Part shown: positions 25,861 to 37,897 of the stretch, piece by piece
How the letters are laid out: each line of letters starts with the position of its first letter
How positions within the stretch are numbered: position 1 is the stretch's first letter
Assembly (NCBI GenBank): GCA_028534125.1
Contig: CM052816.1
Location: forward strand, 47,928,001 to 47,992,000
Source of the DNA: Lama glama
Taxonomy: Eukaryota
Reading direction: 5' to 3'
Length of the DNA: 64,000 nt
Translations under genes and position numbers: made by a program
The notes under the pieces: generated by a model
The model's input: the letters and a program-made list of their open reading frames with translations, nothing else
Database searches by the model: none
Told to the model about the DNA's origin: nothing

Positions 25861-26199
25861 GACATTTCCTATTTATAATGGGATCTACATCTAAGTCAGT
25901 ACATCACTTTTTTTTTTTAATCTGATTAGGTAACTTCTTTCGACTTCTCTAGGGACATATTTGTGAACAGACACTTAACGTACACATACGAAGAAATTTT
26001 ATAAGATGGTAAGTGGTTTAAGGGGAAGAAACGGTATAGTGATAGAGAATAGCTAGAAGAATTAAGAATCCAGCTTTAATGATTGGCCTAAGAAGATATT
26101 AAATCAAAACGTGCAGGATGAATAGCTTGCAATATAAGGATTCCAAATATTCTGAAGCAGCAAAGAGTATTTGAGGATTTCAGCATCCCCATAAGCGGA

Positions 26200-26400
26200 G
26201 CCCACTGAGGGCGAAGAAGGAAAGTGGATAGTGAGGTGGCCAGGATCATGCAGGGCCTTGCAGACCATCAGTAGAAGCTAAGCATTGACTTAAATGATCA
26301 CTTTGGTTTCTGAGTAGAGAACACATTTAGGGACAAGAGTGCCTCAGGTACTGTGAATAGCTGTTCAAGAAAGATGAGGTGATACAGTTTTTATAAAATA
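26200..26400 (-). mobile_element. L2 fragment
   Basis: ggccaggatcatgcagggccttgcagaccat..gatcactttggtttctg. Confidence 0.6.
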
Positions 26401-28095
26401 ATCATAAAACAAAAAGGCACTAGCAAAATTTGCAATAGTACAAGTGAATCACATTCTCTTTTTTCCTGCTATTGTCTATTTTCCTATATTCTCCAACTAT
26501 TTCAAGTTAAGACAATACAGTTTTGAAAATCACATGTGTGTACACACCCAAACACAAAGGAAAAGGAAAAATTCCAAGAGGAATTATGAAGTCTGCTTTT
26601 GTGGATTTTTAAAGTAATTAATTTATGACTGAGGTTTTTGTTAAAAACCTCAGAATTGGCATTGATATTACAATCACTTTTGTTTTGTGGGATATCCCAA
26701 ATGAAAGTGAAGATACAAATAATACAAATTTTTTTCTGTAGTTTTCCATCATTAAAAAAAAAACCCATAAAACTGTCAATGGTACATAACAAAAATTCAG
26801 CAATAGTGGATAAAATATTAATCTTTAGTTCTATGATCAAAGATAATTAAGTTATCAAAATTTGCATTGAGGCCAAAGTAATTTAATATGGTTCTTCTAC
26901 CTTCTCTCTTTATCTTTTGTGAAAAATTAAAACTACATTTTTATCTTCTATTATATACAGATCCTCTGTCTACAGTGTTGGCTTAATTTCTTTAAAGATC
27001 TGGGCTTGTTGGAAAGTTCTAGAATTAAATGTAGAGCTAGAGTTAAGTTTTATTATTCTGTTGAAAATGAATACCGCAGAAGAGACCAGCAGAATAAATG
27101 ATGGAATCAATACTTAGGCAATTCAGCGTTGCCTAGTGACAAATTGTGTGTGTGAGCCTTTTGCCTTCTGGAAACTATTTTCAAGGTTGGTATAAGTCTG
27201 TGGAATGTTTTGTGCAATCACTAAATAGTTTCCTAGACCTCTAATGAATACTTCAAAATGTCTACAATTATATTTTTGTGGTTGTTAGAAATGATTAATA
27301 GTTTTTAAAAAATAAAATGTCAAATTATATCTTCTTTGCAAAAGCAGTCATTTCACAATTTTCTCAGAAACTCTCCTAAGCCCTCCTATAAACAACAAGA
27401 CTTTTCTGAAATATCCTGGCTTTCCTGATGCACGTAATACTTGAAAATAACTGAATATTACTAAAGATATTAAACCAGTGATGAAGGGTTGGCTGAATTT
27501 AATGCTCTCCAGCTTTCATTTCTCTCTCTGCCCCTAAAGCAATAGGATTCTCACAATCTCAGCCTCTACCTTACACGGCCTTAGGGAAGAAAATTTATAC
27601 ATGCTTGTATATTTCTGATATATATATGCACTTACATATACATTTATTTTATTAATTCTAATGGCCCCATGTGATTTCTTTATAATAGTTTGAGGGGAAA
27701 TGTACACAGTTCAAAATCATTCCTGTCACTAACGGAAATTTAATTGTCAATGCTTTCCTTTATGTGGGTATTGCTTTTGGTTCCTGGTTTCCTGAAACAG
27801 CAGTCTTTTCTCATGTGGAAATTATGCCTGGGAAAGAACTAGACTAGTCCAATGATGTCATAGCAGCCTAGAGCAGGTTTGGCTGCAACATCTGGGAGTC
27901 TTCCTGGTGCCAAGTTTAACGTAACTCAGGGAAAGATTATATTCTCCATTTACTACCATGCACACACTCAGAATGAACTGAAGGGGGCAATATTTACCAA
28001 GAAAATTCAGTAGGGCAGTACTTTGGAAATAAACATGGCAACAGTGTAACATTATATAAGATGCAGATTGTTTTCATTTGCCAGTGTTATACCAT

Positions 28096-28098
<3 letters not shown>

Positions 28099-28132
<34 letters not shown>
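28099..28132. repeat. (AC)17 microsatellite
   Basis: Directly visible. Confidence 0.95.
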
Positions 28133-28138
<6 letters not shown>

Positions 28139-31100
28139 ACTACTAAAAGGCGTAAATTTCAAATAGCCTGGATTATGTGATGGGTTGTATTCATACATTA
28201 TGATAGCAAGTTTGTTTTTCTACCAAAAAAAGAAAAAAAAGAAAAAATCCTCTACTAGATCTGGGTCAAGTTCAGAAAACCATTGGTTTTCCTGTCAAAT
28301 ACAAAATTGCTCACATGGTGGAGTTTGTTTTCATTCACCAAAAATGACATCTCCTTTTCAATTAGGTTAATGTGGAGAGTGTAGATACGTCAGGCTTTGT
28401 GTGCCTCTACTTCCAAAAGCTTTTCTCCTATTTCAGGTTTCTTCCAGCCCTTAGTAGGGAAATTAAGTTCATGCATATAACATGGCATCTAATAAAATGT
28501 AATGATAAACTAATATCTGCACAGCTGCCATTTGGGGTCACCATGCCAACAGCAAAAACAAAAAAACACAACATTATGGAAATATATAGCTACTCATTTT
28601 ATAAGCGTAGCCACACCACCATAGTTTGCCTGTTTGCGATTCTTCAGCTGCTCCTCTCTTTCCTGACCTGCAGCAAAAATCCCTAGTCTCTCACTTTTAC
28701 TACTCTACTATTCATTTTATTCTCCCGTCTAAAAATCCTCAGGAGGATTTGGGTTAGTCGTATAGCATAGATGAGGAATTATTTTTAAAGATGGAGTTTA
28801 GGAAGGTTAATTTTTTTGTTTCTTTTTTGGAGGGGAGTATACCCAATAGCTTCATGTTATACACACACACAAATTTTTACATAAACAATTCTATATAAAT
28901 GCAATATAAACACTATCACTACTACAAAATAAATGAGATGTGTAGCTATAGACAACTCTCTCCATAATGTAATTTCCCTACTTCTAAAATGAGAAGGTAA
29001 GACTAAATTACCATAGGAAAGAGTTAACCTGCTAATTCCATAGAGTCACTTCAGGCACCAGGAGTGAAGAGTTGATTATCAAAGGCCAAAATGCTAAAGA
29101 CAGAGTCAGAGTCTAGACTAGCACCCAGGTTTGCGGAAGCCAGCTCCTTGCTTTCTCTACCAGAGACACAGTGACTTGCTCCCAGAATCAATGTTGTCTA
29201 TCCAACAGGCACAACTGCTCCAGGATCACATTAATGACAAGATACACACAAAGGCAGATGTCTACTGAGCCAGACTAAAGATACCAAAGTGTCCATGTAC
29301 ACGTTACTAAACATTCTCTACCAATCAGGGAGGAATGAAGAAAAAGCGAAGAAGATGAAGGCAAGAAGCATGGAAAGAAGAAGTATCCATGTAGGACAAG
29401 GAAAGACACAGAGGCCGAGAGGGTGGGCTGGGACAGGGAACTGGATCCTGGGTTGTTTGTTGAAATCAAAACAAAAAAAACAAGTTTTCGGTAGGTTGCC
29501 ACGAACTCACTTCCCTTCACTGAATAGAGTCTGTAGATAATCCTTGGTTTTTTTTCTCTCTGTGTGCCTGCTGTTCATTTCCTTTCAGCCCAACATCTTT
29601 TCATTTTTATCACTTGTTTTTGTTTCAGAAGTAGGTGTTAAAAATATATTACAATAATTTTACTTTATTTCTTAATTAAGAAACAGAGTAAGAACTGACA
29701 TAGTCCTGAGATAAGTCTGAATCAAAAAGCTAAAATTACAAAGGAATTACATTAAAATTAAGGGCCTCCTACAACTATGAATCTAGAAGTTTGCATAACA
29801 TCACTGAGACAATTTTACTCTATAAATTCCTATTAAAAAATCACCTAAGGGGCCCCAAATCTAAGACATGGCCTCTCTTTCCAGCACCTTTGCCTAAAAA
29901 ATAATTTGTCATGATGACCTTGTTCCGCCTCTGGGGCACTTTAAGTCAACTCAATGCTCTTATGGTACTCTACATAATGTAGTAATGGGAATCAAGTTGA
30001 TTGAGTATCAGCAAAGATCAAGGCGACACATTTCTTATGATTATTTCTGTGCATTCGGTCACCAAACATGTTGATTTCAAAGTCAGTGGTCAAGTATCAG
30101 TTCCAAACTCAATTCCAAAGCATGGCTAAGTGTTGCTTTGGGCTTCGGGATATTTTATTTTTCATAATACAATAAAAGACTGCCTCTAGGAGAATGTACA
30201 TGTGTTTCACAGAGCTGATGTCCTTCTCCAAACATAGTGCTACTATTTGCACTCACATATAGTTAGAGGCCTTCCCATGCTATGCATTAGTGAAATTTAT
30301 TCTTGAGTTTACTTCTTCCTATGGGTTTTATAATTCTTAACTCTGAGACTCCTTTACAAGCTTTCCTTGTTTATACACAATCTGCTGTCAAGGCTGCTCT
30401 TTCCACTGCTCTGGTTGTCCAGCCATCTCTAATGCTGTTACAGTAATTATGATAAGCAAATATTGTTTTTCCCCATATAGTACCATATGTAATAAATTCC
30501 CTGTAACTACGCCTTTCTAGAAAACATACTGCTTCTGTCAGACATCCAAAAGAGGTAATATTGTCCTGAGGTTGTTACTGCTTTCCAAAATGATCAGGAG
30601 GAAAACTCACTTAATTTTTGCTATTTGTGTCTTTTTAAATGAGGTTAATGAATTTAAGAAGCTCTCCTACAACAGAGCATATCAGGTTATAATGACCATC
30701 TTTGAACCTTTGGATTCATAACATCAAGAAATACGTAGCAACCCAACAATGCAAACAAAGGAGCACTTTGCTCTAATTGCAAAAGAGTGTAGGATTTTTG
30801 CAGATTTTTATCATTATAGTACATGTACTCTTGTAGGTATTTTCATGCAATCATTCCCTCACAGATAATAGTTCTCAACAAAATTATAAAGTTCACAAGT
30901 AATGAGCACACATCTTTCCCTTTTCATAGAATTCTTTGTATTCATTTGCCCTGTATCTCTCTCCTGTGTGAAACAACTTTAAGGCTTAAAAGCAACTATG
31001 AAAACCTAGGTAGAAAGGATAATTGGAAAATGGGACCAGTTAATTTTAAATTAAGTTCATATTGGTAGGTCTTTTGAAGAAAGGAAAAACAGAATTTGTA

Positions 31101-33709
31101 TTTACTGGAATCTGACCACAGTGAGCTGATTACTTGAAATTAAGTTTGAATTATTAATGCAGAACAAGATTTTCTACAAGTGTGTCTAATGGGAAAGACT
31201 GGCAACTAAAAACGTAGCAGTCCTTAGTCAAAATGTAGTATGTCTTGATTGTTTAAGACCTTGACTGTGTCAGTGGGGATATTTATGAAAGTGTACATGA
31301 AGAAGAAGAAGGCACAGAATTGAGCAATGTAAGTTAAAATATCTGTAGTTCATTTCTGTGAATTGATATTATATACCGTATTAATGCCATCTCCATGTTT
31401 CCATACAGTATACACATATAGATATACACATAAAATTTTCACTTCTTGAATTATGCCAGATTTGATGCAGAAACCTAAAACCAACAGGTAACAAACAGGC
31501 CCAGGCGTCACATGACTCAAAGTTCTGGGTGAGTTTGCAGACTACATTTCTCAGCAATCCTCTGAAAGAGAGTAGATCCTGAAATCTGCTTTCTGATTGC
31601 AGTCCTCAGTGCCATCCTGGGCAGCGAACAACCCATTCCCAAGGAGTGAGTGGCTTCATGTCCTGGTTCCTACTCCCGGAGTCTTCCCACCCAGCTCTTG
31701 TGGTTCACATATGAATAAAAAGAACAATAATGAGCTCTCCATTATAGGACTGAACTCACCCCTTGCCTAAGGCTGAAGACTGAGGTGCTTATTTGAAAAG
31801 TAGCTTTGTGAGGACTATACAATCTTGCCACAAAACAATGATGTATCCTTTTGGCCTCATTTTTCTGCCCTCAACCATATTGTTAATAGCAAACTATGGT
31901 ACAAAAGACCCTCTTGATCTGCTAATGTGCCCTTTTACTTTTCCTGTGTGATATTAGGTCTGAACATCTATTTTATGTGATGCCACCTCCTTTCCCGTCA
32001 ATGAAACAACTGAAGATGCTTTGTACAAATTCCATGGTGACTTAAAACTGCTCATCAGTTCCTTTAGGGGGAAAGTGGCCACAATCACACATTTCTGTTG
32101 AAATAAAGGTAGTTATCTGACCTGTTGGTAAATAAAAATAGTTTGCCCTGAAAAAGAGAGTATTGCCAGTTTGACACAGTGTGATTTTATTCAGGTAGCA
32201 GGACTCATAGGAAATTAGGGAGTAGGAGAATATGGCTTAGCAAAGTTCTTATTTTGACAATAACCATCATTTGTCCTCTAAATCTTAAAGTCCTTATAAT
32301 GGTGATATATACATCTTTGCTCTAAGTTACCCATTAGACAGACAGGAATAATGGAAAGAAAAACAAATTTTTTCCTATTAGGTGGCTTTAAGCTAATATA
32401 CTATGCTGCAGGCTGCAAATACAAAAAGCATCCTATTAAATCACTTCATAAATGACCCATGTAGAACAGTTTATTTTTCATTAGCAAGGTGAGGATGTGT
32501 GGGGCCAAATAAATCAAAATGAACAAGGTAATAATTGTTCCTCCCACGATATCATCTTAAATGTGGAAGAAGTGAAGGAAACACAATTTAAAGAATGTTT
32601 TATTGGTGAACTCATTTTTATGTTTAGAAAGAAAAACTTTATGCCTCTGGGAAATAGTGACCTTATTATTTTATGTGAAAAGTAAATTTTCAAGGAATAC
32701 AAAGTTAGATTTATGAAGCAGGTCCAGGAAGTACGAGTAATCAACTCAAAATTGTAGAAGTGCAAGAAAAATTCAAACTTTCAAAAATAATTTCTGATGG
32801 GAACCCCAATGCTTGCAGATATTAACATTCAGAAAGCAACACTGTCTATACACTCTTTTAGATTCATAATGGTATAGATTTCACAGAAATATAATGATAT
32901 CATAGCAAATTCTTTAGAATTCGTGTTACTGAAAATTGACAATAACATCTTCATAGTCAGGGAGATTCCCAGAGTTCAAAAACCCTTTCCTTAAATTTGA
33001 ATAGGTTTTATCACCTAGTTAGTGGTTATCGGCAACAGGCTGATTTTTGTAATGCTACAAAGCAAATAGATCTGAGCCAAAGACCTGGCCTTCCAATAAT
33101 GTTTTTCTAAATCTCCTTTTACATAATGAGGACTTAGGAGAAACTTTTGTTTTCTATTTAGGCAAAATGACCAAATATTAAAACTGAATGACAAACAGCA
33201 ATCAACTCTGCATCCTAAAATTTGTATTACTTCCACTTAAATAACAAACTCTTATTTAAGATTCGGCTTAATTTTTTTCTCCCCCAGCTAAGAGTAGATG
33301 ACTAAGTAGTGAAAAACTGCACAGCCATATGGGAATGTGATGTGGCAGATGGGAAGGTGTGTGATCCTTAAGGAACTGAGATCCAGGGTTGATGAGCACA
33401 AGCCAGGTGGGATCAATCCCAAGCACATTTTCCTAGTTATAGCCAAACTGTTGATGCACTTATAGACCATATGATACCTTCTAAAGAAACCTGGAAAGTA
33501 TCTCCAGGTCTTTGAAGTCCTAATTACAAATAAAACATGTTGTGTTATGCCTTTCCAGAGAAAGCAGACAAAAGTTAGGACTACTAAATGATGTCAAAGG
33601 GGATTTTACCCATGGATCATGGCTTAGTCCACCATTTTGATGAGCTGCAGGCAAAGGGCCAAATATTCTTGTGAGAAGATTGGGTAATTCATGAGGGTTC
33701 TAGACCATA

Positions 33710-34210
33710 TATAAAAATCTAATCATATCATTTTCTTGGTTAAAATTCTTCCCCAACATTCTCATTCCTTTAGGACAAAGAAATTTCTTTACCCCAGTCC
33801 TGAATTTACAGCTTCTTACAATCTGCCCCTCAGTCTTCTGTATCCAGCCCACTGCAAAGCATGTGCTATAGACACCTAAACTTCCATGGTCTCCACAGCA
33901 AGGTGGTCTGCTTGGTCTCTGGGCCCTCGCCTATGCTAAGAACAGCCTTTATCTCACCATTTCCTTGTTAACTTCTCATCCTTCTAGCCTCATCTCAGTT
34001 TACACCTACGTCAGGGAGCCTTTCTTCAACTACTTTCCCCGGCTGAACTGAGTTCAGGACATTAACAGAAATGTCCATCTGCTAATTTGAACGTTCTTCT
34101 AAACTCTAAGGAAAGAGATTATGCCATTGTAATTTTTTTTCTTTATAGCCTCTGTGTTTAGCTTGCAATATGTCAGGTGCTCAATGAATATACATCGCTG
34201 TGGAACCGAA
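33710..34210 (+). mobile_element. L2 3' portion nested in the L3
   Basis: aaatctaatcatatcattttcttggttaaaattctt...aggtgctcaatgaatatac. Confidence 0.7.
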
Positions 34211-35009
34211 CTAAAATCTCAATGAAGTGTTGTAATGCGTAGATAAAATGAAATTGAAGACAGGATTTGATATCACTGAACAGTGGTAGACAAAGTACCT
34301 AAAGTAATGAAGAAGTTAATTAAAAAATATGTAAACTTAGATGTTTATATACCAACACAAAGTATCCAGGAATTAGGAAATTTTAAATTATTAACATCAA
34401 TTGGCAAATGTGATTTCAAAGGTGATTGTAGTAGTATACATTGCATGTTGGGCCAAGGTATCTTCATGTATGTATAATGTATTTTTCAATTTTTATTCTT
34501 TAAAAGTATACAAATATTTTACACTTATGTAGAGAAAAAAAAAATTCCTGGATTTCTATATCCAGTGGAAGCCAGTTCAGCATTTGAACACTTGTCCGAC
34601 TGAAAGAAGTTTCCCTGTTACATACTGTTTTGCTTTTGTCAAAAGTCTAGAAGTGTACACTATCTTGAGTATTTGAACACAGATTTTCATATCTAAAACC
34701 ATGTTTCCATGTCAATAAAACTGCACCATGTAAAAAACTATATAGTTTAGAATATGAAACTGAACCACCTGAAAAGAATCATTTAATTAAAATCATAGAG
34801 GACTAGATGGCATATCCCTGTGGAATAGTATTATAAACAACTCAGTATGTGAATAATGGTTTCTTAAAATATCTTAGAAAACAAGCACCAAGACAAAACC
34901 TATGAGTAAAATGTTTACCTTCTGAAAGCACGCAACCTAGAATATTTTTGCTTTAATTTTCTGAGGGCATGGGTCTGATTGTCACATAGAACAGAATTTT
35001 CAAACAATT

Positions 35010-35335
35010 TCAAACAGTTGATCTACAGCTCAATCTGTAGCAAGCTTGCTAAAAATGCAGCTTTCTAGCCCTAAACCAAACTGACTAAATCAGAATCTCT
35101 GAAGCTGGCTTTGTGAGCTAGCATAGAAGAGCCTCAAGCTTGGTTTAATGCTCTGCTATTATCATCTTGAAATTCTTGATTTTCAAGCAAGCGGCTCCAC
35201 ACTCTCATTCTGCCATGTGTCCTGCTAATGATATTGCTGTTCCTGGGAAGGAACACTCAGAAATCTGCATTTTTAACACCCACTGCAGGTGATTTTGATT
35301 CAGGCATCTGCCAGCCACACTGAGAACAATCCACT
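35010..35335. mobile_element. MER5-like MITE split by MER45A
   Basis: cttgctaaaaatgcagctttctagccc..actaaatcagaatctctg on the left and gaaatctgcatttttaacac..caggtgattttgat on the right. Confidence 0.7.
35100..35245. mobile_element. MER45A-like hAT-Tip100 MITE
   Basis: gcttggtttaatgctctgctattatcatcttgaaattctt...gctgttcctg matches the recalled MER45A consensus. Confidence 0.75.
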
Positions 35336-36819
35336 TTGAACAAGGCACAGAAAAGAAATGTTACTCTGGTCATACTTCTTATCATCTTGGAAGAAAGGCA
35401 ACAGAAACCAAAACTGTGGGAGAAAGTAACCACGCCATTCTGGAGTTCATACAAGCCCAGAAGTGAGATGCAGAGAAAAGCCAAACATTATACTCTTTTT
35501 AGAGACATTACACTCTTATTAAAAGAACACTTGCAAAGTTCTGAAACAGGTCGGATTGTATATTTGGTCAGAAAAGAAAAATCAGAGATTCTAAGTTATT
35601 ATGAACTTAATGTGAGCTCCTGACCAAATGTATTAATTGAAAAATCAAAGATAAAATCTTCATAGCTGAACAGGGAGAGCTCTGAGGTCAGATATTTAAG
35701 GCTGAGAAGAAAAGAATAGCAAAGACGGAGAGAATCCGGGGAAGTCTACAAAGACCTGGAACATCTGAAAGTTCTCAGGGCAAAATATCAAGGGCTTTTG
35801 AATAGATTAACTAGGACAGAAAAGGGATTTCAAATGGAACCAAAATCCAACAATAAGAACTTTGCACAAGAATCTGATGAGATAATTAATCAATCAATCA
35901 ATTCTGAGGAATGAAGCTTTCCCAAGCCCAAACTGAGCCCATGGTCTTCTCACAAGGGGGAGTACTGAATTCCAGCACAAATATTGGGGACACTCAATTT
36001 AGACCATTGTCACCGTGCTAGGGTAACAGCAACCATACAGACACCATGCCAAATACAGAGGAGGTGCTTCGTACATGTTAACTAAACTTGCCACCTTAGG
36101 CTGACCCAGAGAAAAAAACTGCATTCAGCTAGTGTTCCAGAGCACCAGAGCCCAGGTGCTTCTCCACTGAGTTTTCCCAAAGACCTATAAATCTCATCAA
36201 ACTTCATCTCAGCAATTTGAACACCTGTGTATAAATTTTTAGTTTCATCTTCACTGGTTATTAGCTGGTCTTGATCCCTGATAAGTAGGCTTTCTTAGCT
36301 ATGTTGCAAGAAGACTCACTTGCTCAAAACAATCCACATCCCTCAGGAAAAGTTTGCAATTTACGATAAAAAAATAAAATGTTATGGAACAAAGTAGAGA
36401 GAGTAGATTTATTTGTATTCTGTTTTGCTTCTTTTTCTCCATCGAGAAAATTAATTTTCAAGCTGGCAAATCTAGAACAAACAACATTAGGAGGGAATTG
36501 AAGTGCAAGATAGGTGCAGGGATAATAAGAGAGTGCTTTACAGCTTTAAATTAATTCAAGCCTTCAGGCCCAGATAAATTATATCCCAGGATATTTAAAT
36601 AACTTGCAGATGTGATCAAGGAACTATTGTTGTTAAACTCTAAGAAGTCACAGGGAAAAGGAGGCCCCAGAAGTTTAGAGATGGGCAAATGTTATCCCTG
36701 TTTCTTAAACTGGGTGTGTGGCTGAGAGGCAGAAGTAGCAGATTCCAAACATTACAAACTAAATGTAAGCTTCTGGTCAAATTCTTAAACAATGGTTAAG
36801 CAGTTGGTGAGTAGCTCTC

Positions 36820-36930
36820 TTGAATGCAGAGAACTGTTTATATTGTTCAACGTTGAATCCTAAGGGTTCTTCACAGGGTGTGTCCATAATAGGTAATTAA
36901 TAAATATTCACGAAACATTAACTGACTGTT
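36820..36930 (+). mobile_element. L2 3' end nested in the L3 RT region
   Basis: tgaatgcagagaactgtt..ccataataggtaattaataaatattcacgaa. Confidence 0.6.
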
Positions 36931-37016
36931 TAAATAGGAAGGCTGTGTTTGAAATCAACATGAATTCACTGAGAAGTAGACAGAAGCAAGTTGCTTATCT
37001 CTCTGAGCTGCATTAT

Positions 37017-37402
37017 TGTGCAAAGCAGGACAGGCCAGGTTATACTACGGAGACAACCTCAAAATCTCAATCTTAAATCAAAATGACTTACTTTTTGCTC
37101 ACACTTCATGTCCGCGGGGTAGGCTGTGGACTCCGCTCCGGGGCATCCTCACACCAGAACTCAAGTCACGATCTGAAGCACTGCCTATTGCAGAGGCAGA
37201 GAGAGGCTTGTGCGGGATTGGCAAATCCACCCTTAACAGCTTCCACCTGGAGGTGAGGCAGCCTCCACCTGCATTGTTCCGTTGTTCTAACGAGTCACGT
37301 GGCCATTCCTGCATTCAAAGATTGGGGGAGAACATGTGAACCTACTTTGTATCCAGGAGAAGGACCAGAAATATCTAGTTTAAAGTACTAATGGCTACTA
37401 CA
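37017..37402 (-). mobile_element. Old MaLR solo LTR (MLT1J/K/L-like)
   Basis: TG...CA ends; caggccaggttatactac..caaaatctc..gctcacacttcatgtcc..gagtcacgtggcc..actaatggctactaca. Confidence 0.8.
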
Positions 37403-37419
37403 GTTACCTGTAAAATGAA

Positions 37420-37482
37420 ACTTTTATTTACAGAGTATAGTGGTTTACTGGTGCACAGCATAGTGAGTCATTTATACACATA
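37420..37482 (-). mobile_element. Short L1 3' tail fragment
   Basis: agtatagtggtttactggtgcacagcatagtgagtcatttatacacatac resembles the cetartiodactyl L1 terminus (reverse complement). Confidence 0.5.
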
Positions 37483-37696
37483 CAAAATAGAAGTCATCAT
37501 AGCTAACTCTTGTATGGGTTATAAAACGGTTACAATATAGCTGTAATAATAACTATCTTGTATTTTTTACAAGAAAATGTCATAGCACTTCATTTTTCTA
37601 TATCAGTTTAAAACTAATGCTGAGCTACCAGTTCCCAAGCTGGTGAGTAGTTTAATTTTTTGGTGGGGTTAGGAAAAGAACAACATTTATCTTCTT

Positions 37697-37897
37697 TTTT
37701 CTTAATGCTTTTATTTATTTCCTGATTTCTTTTTTATTTGGGGAGAGGTAATTAGGTTTATTCTTTTTAAATTTTTATTTGTTTTTTTGGGGGGAGGGTA
37801 ATTAGGTTTTATTTATCTTTGATGAGGCTACTGGGGTTTGAACCCAGGACCTTATGCATGTTAGGCATGCACTCTACCACTGCTATACACTCCCCCT
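37697..37897 (-). mobile_element. Camelid tRNA-derived SINE (Vic-1-type)
   Basis: Minus strand reads GGGGGAGTGTATAGCAGTGGTAGAGTGCATGCCTAACATGCATAAGGTCCTGGGTTCAAACCCCAG with a B-box; two AACCTAATTACC tail modules; perfect 16-bp TSD caacatttatcttctt at 37681-37696 and 37898-37913. Confidence 0.92.

Larger units (their letters stand above)
32580..37600 (+). mobile_element. Long L3/CR1 LINE fossil (ORF1-like, endonuclease and RT remnants) with nested insertions
   Basis: RT-proximal region at about 36555-36700 (ttcaagccttcaggcccagataaattatatcccaggatatttaaataacttgcagatgtgatc, like KSPGPDxLHPRVLKELADVI); endonuclease motif VGESNHAILEF at 35416-35448; ORF1-like motifs at 33348-33389 and 33601-33705. 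The outer boundaries are less certain. Confidence 0.65.

Noticed and set aside
37826..37897. tRNA gene on the minus strand
   Set aside because: It is the tRNA-derived head of the SINE: it has a SINE tail, a TSD and a deleted A-box.
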